Assembly (NCBI GenBank): GCA_963841015.1
Contig: CAWJAX010000002.1
Span: forward strand, 128,001-192,000
Direction of reading: 5' to 3'
DNA length: 64,000 nt
Source of the DNA: an uncultured Methanoregulaceae archaeon
GTDB lineage: Archaea > Halobacteriota > Methanomicrobia > Methanomicrobiales > Methanospirillaceae
Positions 43,972 through 54,453 of this stretch are shown in pieces. Each line of letters opens with the position of its first letter. The stretch's first letter is position 1. Below the pieces are notes generated by a model. That model did not search any database, had not been told where the DNA came from, and worked only from the letters and a program-made list of their open reading frames with translations. Both the position numbers and the translations under genes were made by a program.

Positions 43972-44646
43972 TTGGTTCAATTCATGAGTGACTGGAGACC
44001 TCAGGATAAGCGATCCAATCCTTCTCATTTTTTTTCACTGTTTCGAAGATCGGGAACGCATCTCGTCTTGTGGACACTGAGGAACAGGACCGCAGCACTG
44101 ACGAATTCCCTGGAGACCCCGGTTTGTTCTGCAAGCCGGATCCTGGTTTGAAGTGCACTGCTTCCCGTCTTTATCAGATACAGACGTTCAGCGATTCAGG
44201 ACAGCACGACAACCCGCTTGAGCGAGTCGTAACATTTCAAAAGGAGAGTTGGCGTTCAAATCCTTAAAAAAGCACAAAATCAATGAAATACCTTCAAATT
44301 TTATTCAAAATCAAAAAAATAGCCTGATTTGAACCCAAACCTCAGCCGGGCACCGGAACGTGATGTCCGATTCTGTCGTATCATACCTTTTTTGAAATTA
44401 TGTGGAATTATGAGAGTTAATTGTTGGGATGTGGTACGACCAGGGCTTGCCGCGGTGCTCCTGCGCCAGCGGCTGCTTCGGCCCGCTCCTCCCATACCGC
44501 TCTGCGGAATGTTCGTCGCTGTTGATCGTACTCCTATTGTCTATCCGGCGCAGACAATGCATATCACAGACAGAGGGTATGTTCGAGGACTAAGCTGAGT
44601 ATCGCTCGTTATCCTCTAAACCCCATTTACCGCACCTTGTATATCC

Positions 44647-44982
44647 TCAACCCTGGAGATTGAATTCTGCTGCTTCTTTTGAGAGAAAATAACCAAGAAT
44701 GGTCCGGATGACCACTACCACAGCGAGATTGATCAGCTCCTCCTGAGACGGAGTGGTAATTGTTGTCAGGATATCAGCTGCAATCAGAAATTCAAGACCA
44801 AACACGATCTTATCCGTCAGTTCCCGGCGGATTACATTATAAGTATACGAGCCCTTCCGGAACTCCAGAATAATGACTTTGACGATCGCTTTCAGACCGC
44901 CGTAGATGATGAGGACTGCCCCGGCAATTCCGAGGACAAGTGCAAAAAAATAGATGATCTCAAAGAATGCCGGAAATTGCAT
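44647..44982 (-). CDS. DUF1622 membrane protein
   Basis: GLEFLIAADIL.T...P...L...V.IRT.L.YFL.KE. Confidence 0.88.
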   Translation of the reverse strand: MQFPAFFEIIYFFALVLGIAGAVLIIYGGLKAIVKVIILEFRKGSYTYNVIRRELTDKIVFGLEFLIAADILTTITTPSQEELINLAVVVVIRTILGYFLSKEAAEFNLQG

Positions 44983-45149
44983 ACACACTGACAGGTGCGG
45001 GGTACCTGATGAATTTTTGGATACAGTTCAGATTATCTGATGAAATTTATTAACAATGCTGACAGGTTGAAAACAGTGACAAAACCGCCCCCTTGAGGAA
45101 ACAGATGAGATAGATTTCAAACAGATAGAGGGTTTAAAAAGGGGGTATC

Positions 45150-46397
45150 CTACACCCATCCCCTGACCTTCATCGCTTCCACGACATGTTCCACGGCGAG
45201 GCTGTATGCGGCTCTCCTCAGGGAGATGTTGTTCTTAGTCGCCATTTCATACACTGCCCGGTACGTTTCAGTCATCGTTTTTTTGAGACGAGTGTCTACC
45301 GTTTCTTTGTCCCAGTGATCCATATTCAGGTTCTGGACCATCTCAAAATACGAAACAATGACCCCGCCCGCGTTACAGAGAAAATCGGGAATAATTGGTA
45401 TGCCCCGTGCGTGGAGATGATCGTTGGCTTCAGCGGTGATCGGGCCATTCCCGAACTCGGCAATGATTTTTGCCCTGATGCTGTCCATATTGTCGTGGGC
45501 AATAGCATTTTCAAGTGCTGCCGGAATGAGGATATCTGCGTCCAGCTCAAGGAGCTGTCTGTTGGTGATATCCTCGCCTGCTCCGGAGTTCCTGATTGAA
45601 CCTGTTTTCTTTTTATGATCCTTCAGTTTCAGAATATCAAGGCCGTCCCGGTTCAGGACCCCGCCCCGGCTGTCGCTCACGGCGATTATTCTGCAACCAC
45701 AGAGAGGATTTCCAAGCAACGCAGCATTTTCTCCTACATTCCCGAATCCCTGGATTGCAACGGTGGCTTTCCTGAGGTCAATGCCGAGGTCTTTTGCTGC
45801 CTCTTCGATGATATACCATCCACCCCGTGCGGTTGAGTCATCACGGCCCTCCGATCCGCCAATACTCATCGGTTTTCCGGTAACAACACCGAACGTGGTT
45901 TTACCCACATTATGGGAATATTCGTCCATCATCCATGCCATGGTCTGTGAATTTGTACCAACATCCGGCGCAGCAATATCACAATCCGGACCGATAAACC
46001 GGGCGATCTCCTGGATGTACGCCCGGCTCAGGCGTTCCATCTCACCTGCTGATAATTCCTTGGGATTACAGATCACTCCTCCTTTTGCGCCGCCCAGCGG
46101 GAGATGGTAGAGTGCACATTTCCAGGTCATGAGGGCTGCAAGAGCCCGGATTTCGTCAATAGTCACATCGGGATGAAACCGGATCCCGCCTTTGGTCGGG
46201 CCCCGGGCGTCGTTATACTGGACGCGGTATCCCTGAAATGCTCGTATGGTTCCATTATCCATACGGACGGGAATTGACGCATGATATTCCCGCACCGGCG
46301 TTTTTAAGAGTGCTTCCATATCAGACGAGAGTTTCATGTCGAGGGCACAGGCACATACATGCTTTTTAACCGTTTCAAAAAGATCTACATCCGCCAT
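45150..46397 (-). CDS. gdhA: Glutamate dehydrogenase
   Basis: RGPTKGGIRFHP, LGGAKGG, APDVGT, TGKP, QGFGNVG, PDFLCNAGGVIVSYFE. Confidence 0.95.
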   Translation of the reverse strand: MADVDLFETVKKHVCACALDMKLSSDMEALLKTPVREYHASIPVRMDNGTIRAFQGYRVQYNDARGPTKGGIRFHPDVTIDEIRALAALMTWKCALYHLPLGGAKGGVICNPKELSAGEMERLSRAYIQEIARFIGPDCDIAAPDVGTNSQTMAWMMDEYSHNVGKTTFGVVTGKPMSIGGSEGRDDSTARGGWYIIEEAAKDLGIDLRKATVAIQGFGNVGENAALLGNPLCGCRIIAVSDSRGGVLNRDGLDILKLKDHKKKTGSIRNSGAGEDITNRQLLELDADILIPAALENAIAHDNMDSIRAKIIAEFGNGPITAEANDHLHARGIPIIPDFLCNAGGVIVSYFEMVQNLNMDHWDKETVDTRLKKTMTETYRAVYEMATKNNISLRRAAYSLAVEHVVEAMKVRGWV

Positions 46398-46494
46398 ATT
46401 CGTCCGGTCCTATAATGGCTGTATATCCACGAAAACGGGTAAAAGGGTATCGATTATAACTGTTCCAGGCTCTCGTGCTGATATGCCGGTCTCT

Positions 46495-47130
46495 TTACCG
46501 GCCCAGCTGACGGAGGAAAGCGCTCTTATGGTTCTCGGATCCTCTCCGCAGGCTGGAATAAACCTGGGTGATGTCAGCCCTTGTTGTGTTGGCAAGTGCC
46601 TTGTCCAGGTCAGCAATATCCCGCACCTCGACAGCAAGCGAGGCCTCGAATGCACCGGTCCGGGAGGCATCTCCCTGTGCAGCAAGCGTTGTGTACAGCG
46701 ACTGGATGACCGGGTCGGTATACCCGGCCGATGCATTGCCGATCCGGTGGTCACCGAGGCCATACCTGTCGATGAGCAGCTGGACTTCGTTGTAGTGGGT
46801 GATCTCCGATGCAGCAATGTTGGAAAAGACTGGTACCGGATACATGCCGGCCCACCGGGCATACAGGTCGTGGGCAAGCTGCTCCTCTTCCCTCATGAAC
46901 AGGATATCAGCGATCTCAGCATCTGTCAGGGTCGTTGTATCTGACCGGGGCAAAAGAACCCCGGGATTCGTTCCCGGGCCGGTGCCCTGACCCTGGCCAG
47001 CCTGTTGTCCCTGCCCATATCCCGGCCGGGAGCTCTGTGCGGTACTCCCCATCCCGGACATGAATACAGCAATGATGACGATAACGACAATAATTACACC
47101 CCCAATCAGCAACCAGCTGGACTTCTCCAT
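46495..47130 (-). CDS. DUF2202 ferritin-like protein with N-terminal anchor
   Basis: MREEE.LAHDLY, F.NIA.SE..H, E..DIADL, GS.NH..AF. Confidence 0.88.
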   Translation of the reverse strand: MEKSSWLLIGGVIIVVIVIIAVFMSGMGSTAQSSRPGYGQGQQAGQGQGTGPGTNPGVLLPRSDTTTLTDAEIADILFMREEEQLAHDLYARWAGMYPVPVFSNIAASEITHYNEVQLLIDRYGLGDHRIGNASAGYTDPVIQSLYTTLAAQGDASRTGAFEASLAVEVRDIADLDKALANTTRADITQVYSSLRRGSENHKSAFLRQLGR

Positions 47131-47435
47131 GATGATATCACCAGTGAGTGCATGAGATAGAGCGATATATAAGGATTGGTTTTGCAAGAATCAGAACAGA
47201 CCGTTGAGATCGGGGTAGTGTAATCAGTTGATTACGAAGGACGCCTTTCAAGGAACATAAATGTTCCCTCCATTCCCCGCATTAAAACGCCCCGTTTGCT
47301 CTATACTTCTTCCAGCATCCTTTGTTTCCCGGAAATTCCTGGTTATAATAAAAGACCTTACTCCCGTATGTCCCATAGGAGTATGTCAAAGGGCCCCGCG
47401 ACAAGAAAACAAAAAACGAACAAGGAGAAAAAAAC

Positions 47436-47939
47436 ATGGCAGATTTTGTGCAGAATTCACAGACCAAAAATGCGGTTCGCATGCTTGCGAGCCCGATTGC
47501 AGACGTAACGGCGTTCAACTCGATTGTCCAGTCGGTCATCACCGACAACCCGTTTGCCTGTGTAGCCTATATGACCGCCGGGATAAACCACGACCCGGTA
47601 GAAAAGACCCGGGAAGCGTACACCGCACGGATCAACTACGAGGACGGGAATGCAAAGAACGTCGGTAACTGTTCCCACCGCTTCAACACACTCGCAGGGT
47701 TCAGCGCCGGGGTAACCGCGTTGCTGGCAGCCGCGGCAGTCACCACGGCACATGCCGGTACCGCAGTCCACGACCCGGCGGATGATGCATTCAGTGCAAC
47801 CCTCAGGTGCCACGATGCCAATGGCGAACTCTACCTGCTGAACTTCAGCCGTGACCGGGTTTCCCTCACGTCCTACTCGGACGAGGCCATCCGCACCGCG
47901 GTCGAGACCTGGGCGGACACCGTCCCGGCTCTTGCCTGA
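47436..47939 (+). CDS. Hypothetical protein, first gene of a compact cluster
   Basis: AAGGAG RBS, clean 167-aa ORF, downstream hairpin. Confidence 0.8.
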   Translation: MADFVQNSQTKNAVRMLASPIADVTAFNSIVQSVITDNPFACVAYMTAGINHDPVEKTREAYTARINYEDGNAKNVGNCSHRFNTLAGFSAGVTALLAAAAVTTAHAGTAVHDPADDAFSATLRCHDANGELYLLNFSRDRVSLTSYSDEAIRTAVETWADTVPALA

Positions 47940-47961
47940 GCATACCAGAGACGACACGACC

Positions 47962-48000
47962 CTGAGGAGAGGAGACCCGGTCTACCGTCTCCTCTCTTTT
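47962..48000 (+). terminator. Stem-loop followed by a T-run
   Basis: GAGAGGAGAC...GTCTCCTCTC then TTTT. Confidence 0.5.
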
Positions 48001-48036
48001 GTGGTCCTCTCGTTTCGGTACCTGGAGAGGACCGTT

Positions 48037-48201
48037 ATGGAAACCGAAGTTGCGGGAATCATCCTGGGGGCAGTGCTGCCCCTCTACCCGATGTTGTTTG
48101 TCATCTACCAGAAGATTGGCAGATATGACGAGATTGTTGAGGAGTTCAAAAAACTCCGGGCCGAACACGATGCCCACCGGGAGAATTTTCATGGAAACTA
48201 A
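48037..48201 (+). CDS. Small single-TM protein
   Basis: METEVAGIILGAVLPLYPMLFVIYQKIG...; GGAGAGG RBS. Confidence 0.65.
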   Translation: METEVAGIILGAVLPLYPMLFVIYQKIGRYDEIVEEFKKLRAEHDAHRENFHGN

Positions 48202-48666
48202 GATCATATCCCCCGCCGTTGCGCAGGTTATCGGCATATTCCGGGGAAAAGACGGCGGGTTTGAACCGCTCGGTCGCGATACACCGCTTACGGCCGATGA
48301 GGTAAGCCGTAACCCGATCTTCTATATCCTTGACCTGAACAGCGACACCTGCAGCGGGAACCTGATCATCGATGTGACCTACGATAACCTTTCACCCGTA
48401 CGGTTGCAGGACCTGCGGCGGGGGACCGATATCCCCCATGGGGTCCGGTTCTGGCCGGACTGGTTCGATATTCCACCCTATGAGGAGATGCATGACATTG
48501 ATGGCCGCCGGGTATATCCCCGGGCACCGGGTCTCCACACGGTGCAGATCCGGACCGCCGGCGGAAGTTTGCGCAGATGGGACGGGCACGGGACTTCAGC
48601 CCGGAGAATGGCGGGTACACCAGCCCGGTGTTTGAGCTATGGATTGGAGGGAGATACGGTGTTTGA
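48191..48666 (+). CDS. Hypothetical protein, frameshift near 48558
   Basis: METKIISPAV...VRFWPDWF...; the corrected frame ends GGYTSPVFELWIGGRYGV*. Confidence 0.65.
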
Positions 48667-48889
48667 GAACGAGGTGCTGACACGGTGTGCAATCGCCGGG
48701 ACGGGGATGGTGCTCGGGCTTATTGGTGTGCTGGCACATCTTCCCCTTCTTTTTCTCATCCTGCCGGTTGCAGTGGTCTTCCTGGGCATCGTTGCAGACC
48801 CCGAAGAGACCCATGCCGTGTGGTACGGGATGCTGAATACGCTCGGCATCTTTGATGTGTCTGCACTCTCACGCTGCGGAGAAGGGTGA
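48659..48889 (+). CDS. Small two-TM protein
   Basis: GTG start after GGAGG; hydrophobic. Confidence 0.55.
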   Translation: MFENEVLTRCAIAGTGMVLGLIGVLAHLPLLFLILPVAVVFLGIVADPEETHAVWYGMLNTLGIFDVSALSRCGEG

Positions 48890-49082
48890 ACTATATCCAG
48901 AAAAAGCATTACTTCTGGTTCGGCGAGGTGGGGATGGCGGGTGTACTGGCAGGAAGTTTGCGGTCCCGCTGGGGCTCTTCTTTGCAGGGCAGACCGAGAT
49001 CACGCTGGCATTCATCAGTGCTGCAGTGCTGTTCCTGCCGCTCTTCGTGTTCCTGCCCAAGGCTGATCCAGCGGAGCGATGA
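48886..49082 (+). CDS. Small two-TM protein, T-run frameshift near 48958
   Basis: GTGA overlap; ...AVPLGLFFAGQTEITLAFISAAVLFLPLFVFLPK. Confidence 0.5.
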
Positions 49083-49247
49083 AGGCGGATACGGATGCTG
49101 GTGATCGAGGCGTTCGGCAAGAACGGGCAGGTAAAAAAGGTGTTCTGGGCCGTGTTCACCGCCTTGGCCGGGCTGGTAGTGGCACGGATCATCGACCCGG
49201 GGACCGCCCGCCAGGTTGTATTGGCTCTTACGGGGATAGGCGTGTAA
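49079..49247 (+). CDS. Small membrane protein (start uncertain)
   Basis: MLVIEAFGKNGQVKKVFWAVFTALAGLVVARIIDPGTARQVVLALTGIGV*. Confidence 0.55.
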
Positions 49248-49425
49248 GCGACAACCGGACAGTTCTTGTCCTGGTGGGGGATATGCGGATCTCCGGTTCA
49301 TGCCTGCCCATAGCGGTACACGCATCCTGGCAGACCCGCCATTCCCCGCACGGGATTACGGAAGATCAGTCGCACGCCCAAAAAAAAGACAAAATTACCG
49401 GGATACCCGCGGTGCTTTCAAACGC

Positions 49426-49638
49426 TCACTTCTTTTCCAGTGCCTGCCGGATCATCTTTAAGGTCTCAACTTTGTGCTTCTTGTACCCGATCTTGAACTC
49501 TTTGTGCATGATCCGCTCATCGAGCTTGCGCATTACTATTGCCTTTCTTGTTGCTTCGTCGAGGGATTCCCACGCGGCCATCTCAGCCCATTTGGCCTGA
49601 CCCATATGCATTTCAATTTTTGAATCTTCCATTATCAT
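49426..49638 (-). CDS. Small helical hypothetical protein
   Basis: AAGGAG RBS; charged coiled-coil pattern. Confidence 0.65.
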   Translation of the reverse strand: MIMEDSKIEMHMGQAKWAEMAAWESLDEATRKAIVMRKLDERIMHKEFKIGYKKHKVETLKMIRQALEKK

Positions 49639-50082
49639 TTCGTGTAACTCCTTTTGGTGTATGGTGTTCTCATGGTTCTTTTTAAAATTCGGGTATTTCC
49701 GACGATGAAATGAAGAGGTATAGATATGTCTGACTCCTCCACGCTGACTCTTGACAAAATGGGGTGTACCAACTCATCGCATCACTCCAGAGAACTAGAT
49801 TATCTCTTCAGCAACGAACTCATATCAACATTACCAGGTGATGCAGATTTTGTTACAAAATCTGAAACGTATAACCAATGAAGTGCCTCAGACCGCGGAA
49901 ACACGCTGGTAGTGGGATCTGAGAATTATTATCGTATCCTTATCGGGCAATACCGGATCGGGTGCCCGGATACCGGAGCAGTTTTATAGCATAATGGGAT
50001 ATTACCAGAAAGGATTTCCCGATCATACGATATCCAAAAAAATAAGGAGTGGGGTATTATCCGGATAGTCACAGGAATCCCG

Positions 50083-50674
50083 GTGGGGGATACGCAGAAA
50101 CAACGGGATCTGATAGCCAGTCAGTGGGTGAAACTCAAAGAACCCAAAAATATGATGACCGCCATTCTCGCATCAGTTCCCTTCATGGCACTCAATACCA
50201 CGATCACCTTGTTGATCGCAGGTATGTTCGTGCCAGTCTCTCCCGAATACTGTGGAATAGACGGAACCACATTCTCGTTTCAGACAGACCTGCTTGCACC
50301 TGTTGCTTGGCGTAGTGGGAATACTTGTTGCCCACGAACTGATTCATGTACTCTGTATACCGGATTTTATCCGTTCAGATACTACCTGTATCGGAATAAC
50401 GTTTGGTGGCGGATTTGTGTATACGGAAGAACCCTTGACCCGGACACGCTTTATCATCATCAGCTTCGCACCGTTTATCGCCATTTCCCTCATCCTGCCC
50501 TTTATTCTGGGCATGCTGCATCTTCTCTCTCCGTTAATACTTGGTCTCATGGTATTGAACTCCCTGGGATCTTCAGTGGATATGTTGATCGCACTGCTTG
50601 TGCTTCTGCAGGTCCCCTCGAGAGCACATCTTGTTGCAAACGGCAGGGATACGTATTGGAAACCTGATGGATGA
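50083..50674 (+). CDS. DUF3267 membrane metalloprotease-like protein, frameshift near 50295
   Basis: HELIH zinc motif, TRFIIISFAPF, N..GSS.D. Confidence 0.75.
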
Positions 50675-50946
50675 GGTGGGAGTCGGGCTCGTTAAAAAGA
50701 GCGGTCAGGAAAAAATTTCGATACCCTCCTTACTGCCAATGAAGTAAATCTGAGGGCCTGAAAGATCCCTCTTATAATATCCATTCTTTAAGATTTCTGT
50801 CTGGAAATGAACTACTCATCCTTGTTTGACGATAATCAGCACGGATATTGACCATGTTCAGGTTTCGTTTTGTGACCTATGGTTCAAAAACGTAACAGAT
50901 ACGCTCATATGGTTCTGCTTTGAACCTTGAAGACGGAACACCTCAC

Positions 50947-51063
50947 ATGTACGCAATCGAAGCACAGAATCTCCGCAAGTCATTTGGGGACGTCATAGCG
51001 GTAGATGACGTCAGTATTGCCATTGAGGAAGGCGGTATCTTCGGGTTCCTCGGCCCGAACGGA
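50947..51063 (+). pseudogene. Truncated ABC ATPase N-terminus
   Basis: MYAIEAQNLRKSFGDVIAVDDVSIAIEEGGIFGFLGPNG, breaking off within Walker A. Confidence 0.8.
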
Positions 51064-51170
51064 GAATTTTTAAGAGCTCGATGCCGTTGATCTCCGGCAT
51101 ATCATAATCCACAATAATTGCATCAAAGGATTTTTCAAGCAGAATCTTAAGTGCTTCGGTTGCTGATTGA
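51060..51170 (-). pseudogene. Receiver-domain fragment
   Basis: SATEALKILLEKSFDAIIVDYDMPEINGIELLKIL. Confidence 0.7.
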
Positions 51171-51493
51171 CCTGAAACATATGCGGAAATTGGCGAAACG
51201 CCGACAGACCACGAATATGAGATTGCCTATAGAAAATACGAGTAGGTTTTCATGATTAAGCAGAGTAATCTGCTCTGTTTCTTATTCATTGTTGAATATC
51301 CAATGAGACAATTTTCAGTTTCCATCATTTTTAAAAAATCAGTATGGATGAAATGGAAACCTTTCTTTGTTGTGTTCTTCAACAGGGTCCTGTTGCATTA
51401 ACTGGACGAGCTTGCCGATTACTACACCGTTTCCTGCACCGTCTGCGATATCTGCTCTTGAAAGGGAATTAACGAATTTTTGAAAAGTAAATA

Positions 51494-52252
51494 TTACTGG
51501 TAGAAAGGAGGTTTGTAAGTCTCCTCACCATTGGCGTTACCGATAGTTCTCCCCGTGTAATACCGGAAGGACTGTACCATGTTCTCATAGGTGGCCTGGC
51601 TAAGTGTACCGTCGGGGGTCATCGTGTAAATCATTACCGGAATATACCCCTTCTCATTTGCCGAGGCCTTGTTACCGACCAAGATTACGGTCTTGGCCGG
51701 AGTTCCGGAATAGGGATCGCTCTTGGCATCAAACCGGACATAGGTGATCCCGTTATAGGTGACGGTAGATTCATCGAATACTGCAACGGAACTACGGATG
51801 ATATTCCGGATATTCTGGTCCACGCTGAGTGAAGTGGAGTAAGAGAAGATGGTCAGTGAGTCGGCAAGCTCGGTATAGTTGCCACTGTTGTCGTTAATGG
51901 TCCCGTTGGCCCCGCCAGTGGCCGGGTTGAAGACAGTTGTTTTATAGAGGATGTTGTTTTCGGACGTCGTCGCACGGATGGTTGTGCCAGCATACCCGTC
52001 CGGTGCGGAGATAGTAAAGAGAAGAGGTGTATCCTTGATGCTCTTCGGAAGGGGAACGGCGGGTGCTGTCGTTGTCGGCAGGGGAGTCATCGCTGTTGGT
52101 ACTGGAGTTGAAACAGTGGTCAGGCGTTCGGTTGGGACAGTCGTCGGCACCGGTGAAGGGGTCGGCTGGGGCTGGATGGTCTGGGTGCACCCGGCAATAT
52201 ACATTACTGCTATGACCACCAGAAAAAGGATAAAAATTGTTTTGTTTTTCAT
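51494..52252 (-). CDS. Lipoprotein with P/T-rich linker
   Basis: IAGCT lipobox. Confidence 0.8.
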   Translation of the reverse strand: MKNKTIFILFLVVIAVMYIAGCTQTIQPQPTPSPVPTTVPTERLTTVSTPVPTAMTPLPTTTAPAVPLPKSIKDTPLLFTISAPDGYAGTTIRATTSENNILYKTTVFNPATGGANGTINDNSGNYTELADSLTIFSYSTSLSVDQNIRNIIRSSVAVFDESTVTYNGITYVRFDAKSDPYSGTPAKTVILVGNKASANEKGYIPVMIYTMTPDGTLSQATYENMVQSFRYYTGRTIGNANGEETYKPPFYQ

Positions 52253-52515
52253 AGTAACACCATAATAGGCTGTGTTGAATACATGGGGGAAATCTGATAA
52301 TTCTTTTGATAGTTTTCAATTTTTGGAAACAGATGGGATAAACCGGGATAATCAGGCTGTTGTACATTTTTCCGTTGATGAAGCGTATGAACCAAACCCG
52401 CATCATCACCCTGCCACAATCAGACTGACAAAAAAAAGTATTGCGGGTACAGCCATTTCTTTGTTTGTTTATCTGACAATCCCAACATAATTTGTTTTCC
52501 AGGTACAGGAACGTC

Positions 52516-52890
52516 TCACTTCTGGACTTTAACTAAATCTCTCTTAATCGCCATTTTTTTGATCTTTTCACTGATATTTTCGCTGTTTTCCATGCGATGC
52601 CATTCCTCGTTGCTCATTCCCATAAAAAAATCGCATTCCGAACATTTTATCCAGGCTTCGTAATGATCCGGGAATTCTGCGTGAAGTGCCGGTTTTCCAC
52701 ACTGAGGGCATACTAGTGTTTTCCCCTTGATCGAAACCGTAACCTTGGTCTCACGGTCATGGGGTTCGATCTTTCCCTCACCGGGAACTGGCTTTGGGTC
52801 ACGGGTTTTTGCATCCGCTGATCCGTGGTGGGGCGCTACGCTGCCGTCACCGCGGGCTATCCTTTCCTGTACTTTTAATTTGTCCGTCAT
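52516..52890 (-). CDS. Zinc-ribbon hypothetical protein
   Basis: CPQCG...CSEC. Confidence 0.65.
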   Translation of the reverse strand: MTDKLKVQERIARGDGSVAPHHGSADAKTRDPKPVPGEGKIEPHDRETKVTVSIKGKTLVCPQCGKPALHAEFPDHYEAWIKCSECDFFMGMSNEEWHRMENSENISEKIKKMAIKRDLVKVQK

Positions 52891-53122
52891 AGTTGTTCAC
52901 TGGTTAAGCATCCGCTTTGCCAGCACCCAGGCAAGATGTGCCTTGAAGTCATCTGGGTGCATGGTTCCGGTCTGGCGGGTTCTGCCATGGGGTTTATCCG
53001 TAACGACCTCGTTTTCCCATTATCACCGGCCGGTAATAGAAATCATCAATCCCCTCGTGAGTTCTCAGCAATAAAGCAGGTGTTAAAACGGGTAGTTTAC
53101 AAAAAAAAGAAATTCCTGAACC

Positions 53123-53488
53123 TCACCGGTTTTCCGGGGAAAGTATACTGCCAATGTATTTCTGTATATAGCCGATGACAAATGGTGCCACAAGTGGTAT
53201 AATCATCGCCTGCATTTCATGCCCGAGACCTGGATGGCTTCGTTCCTCTTTTTGTCCAGCACAAGCACCAGGTGATGTCATCCGTGTAATAATTACATAA
53301 GCGGCTATTCCTCCAATAATCGCAGTAGCCGCTGCTGCAAACGGGTGCCTCCTGATCGTCCCGCCAACAGATCCGAGAGCACGGGAAGGTGCCTGGACAA
53401 CAGACTCTTTCAGCCGGCCGTAGGATTCGGCGATTAATGCTTCTGTTACAAGGAGGTCCTCTTCGGTAATCGATCTACGGTTTTTCAT
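53123..53488 (-). CDS. YqjK/DUF3618-like protein
   Basis: RRHPFAAAATAIIGG TM; third gene of a YqjD-E-K-like operon. Confidence 0.55.
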   Translation of the reverse strand: MKNRRSITEEDLLVTEALIAESYGRLKESVVQAPSRALGSVGGTIRRHPFAAAATAIIGGIAAYVIITRMTSPGACAGQKEERSHPGLGHEMQAMIIPLVAPFVIGYIQKYIGSILSPENR

Positions 53489-53849
53489 TTTTTATCATCT
53501 CCGTTGCAAGAGGTGTCTTCAGAACGATTTTTTGTGTCAGGAGCACGTACGCCATAATTCCGCCAATAATAAAGATAGCAATTCCCGTGATCAGCAGGGC
53601 AGCCCAGAAAGGTAATACCGTTGCAATAAGGAAGATTATACCCATCCAGACAAAAAGTGTGCCAGCTGCCAGTAAGGTAACAATGATCGAAAGGATCATG
53701 ATCCTTGAGATGAGCAGATTAAAAGGCTCAAATACATAGTACTGCAAAAACAAATCCGTTTTCTGCCGTATATAAAGATCGATGAATTTGAACGTCGTGG
53801 CAAACTCCGACTCTATTGAAGGTTCTTCGGTACTGGCAGCCTCATCCAT
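53475..53849 (-). CDS. YqjE-like (phage holin family) membrane protein
   Basis: Two TMs with LPFWAALLITG; operon context. Confidence 0.65.
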   Translation of the reverse strand: MDEAASTEEPSIESEFATTFKFIDLYIRQKTDLFLQYYVFEPFNLLISRIMILSIIVTLLAAGTLFVWMGIIFLIATVLPFWAALLITGIAIFIIGGIMAYVLLTQKIVLKTPLATEMIKNEKP

Positions 53850-53860
53850 GGGATCCCTCG

Positions 53861-54193
53861 TTAGTCGCGTGCTTTGAAGAGAAGCATGCCAATGATAGCT
53901 CCGATACCCGCTGCGATCAGGACCGAGGGAATTGGATGATCGATGATGATATGTTCTACAGGTTCAACCTTTTTATGATACTCAACTTCGATTTTTTTAA
54001 ACTCGATACCTGCTTCGTCCCTGAACCGGTTCATCCGGGACTCGACATCCGCCAGGATATTCCTGACATCATCGGTTTGTTCAGATACGTTAACATTCCG
54101 CAGCTTGCGGGCAGCCTGTTCAAGTGCATCAGCTGTTTGAACTTTCATCTGGTCTGTCTTTACAATCGTTGAATCAATCATTTTTTCCGCCAT
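53861..54193 (-). CDS. DUF883 (ElaB/YqjD-like) tail-anchored protein
   Basis: Helical N-terminus plus HPIPSVLIAAGIGAIIGMLL. Confidence 0.7.
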   Translation of the reverse strand: MAEKMIDSTIVKTDQMKVQTADALEQAARKLRNVNVSEQTDDVRNILADVESRMNRFRDEAGIEFKKIEVEYHKKVEPVEHIIIDHPIPSVLIAAGIGAIIGMLLFKARD

Positions 54194-54453
54194 TATCATG
54201 CAACTCCTTTGCCTGATAAGGTTTTTTTTAAATATCGTGATATAATAATTTTTTATACCCTTATCAGAGCAGGCTATCATAGTGTAAAACAATATATAAA
54301 TCTCCCTTGAAATTGCAAATTTTGAAACAATCCCTGGAATTTCCCCAGTTTCGAGTACAGGAAAAATATCGCTTGATCGTGTACAAAGAACCTGTAAGAA
54401 TCACTTCCCGTACACGTTATCGGGCTGCTGACTGGTCACCTCAATGGTAACAA

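Noticed and set aside
47999-48889. Single 296-aa ORF
   Set aside because: Chimera of separate genes caused by a frameshift near 48558.
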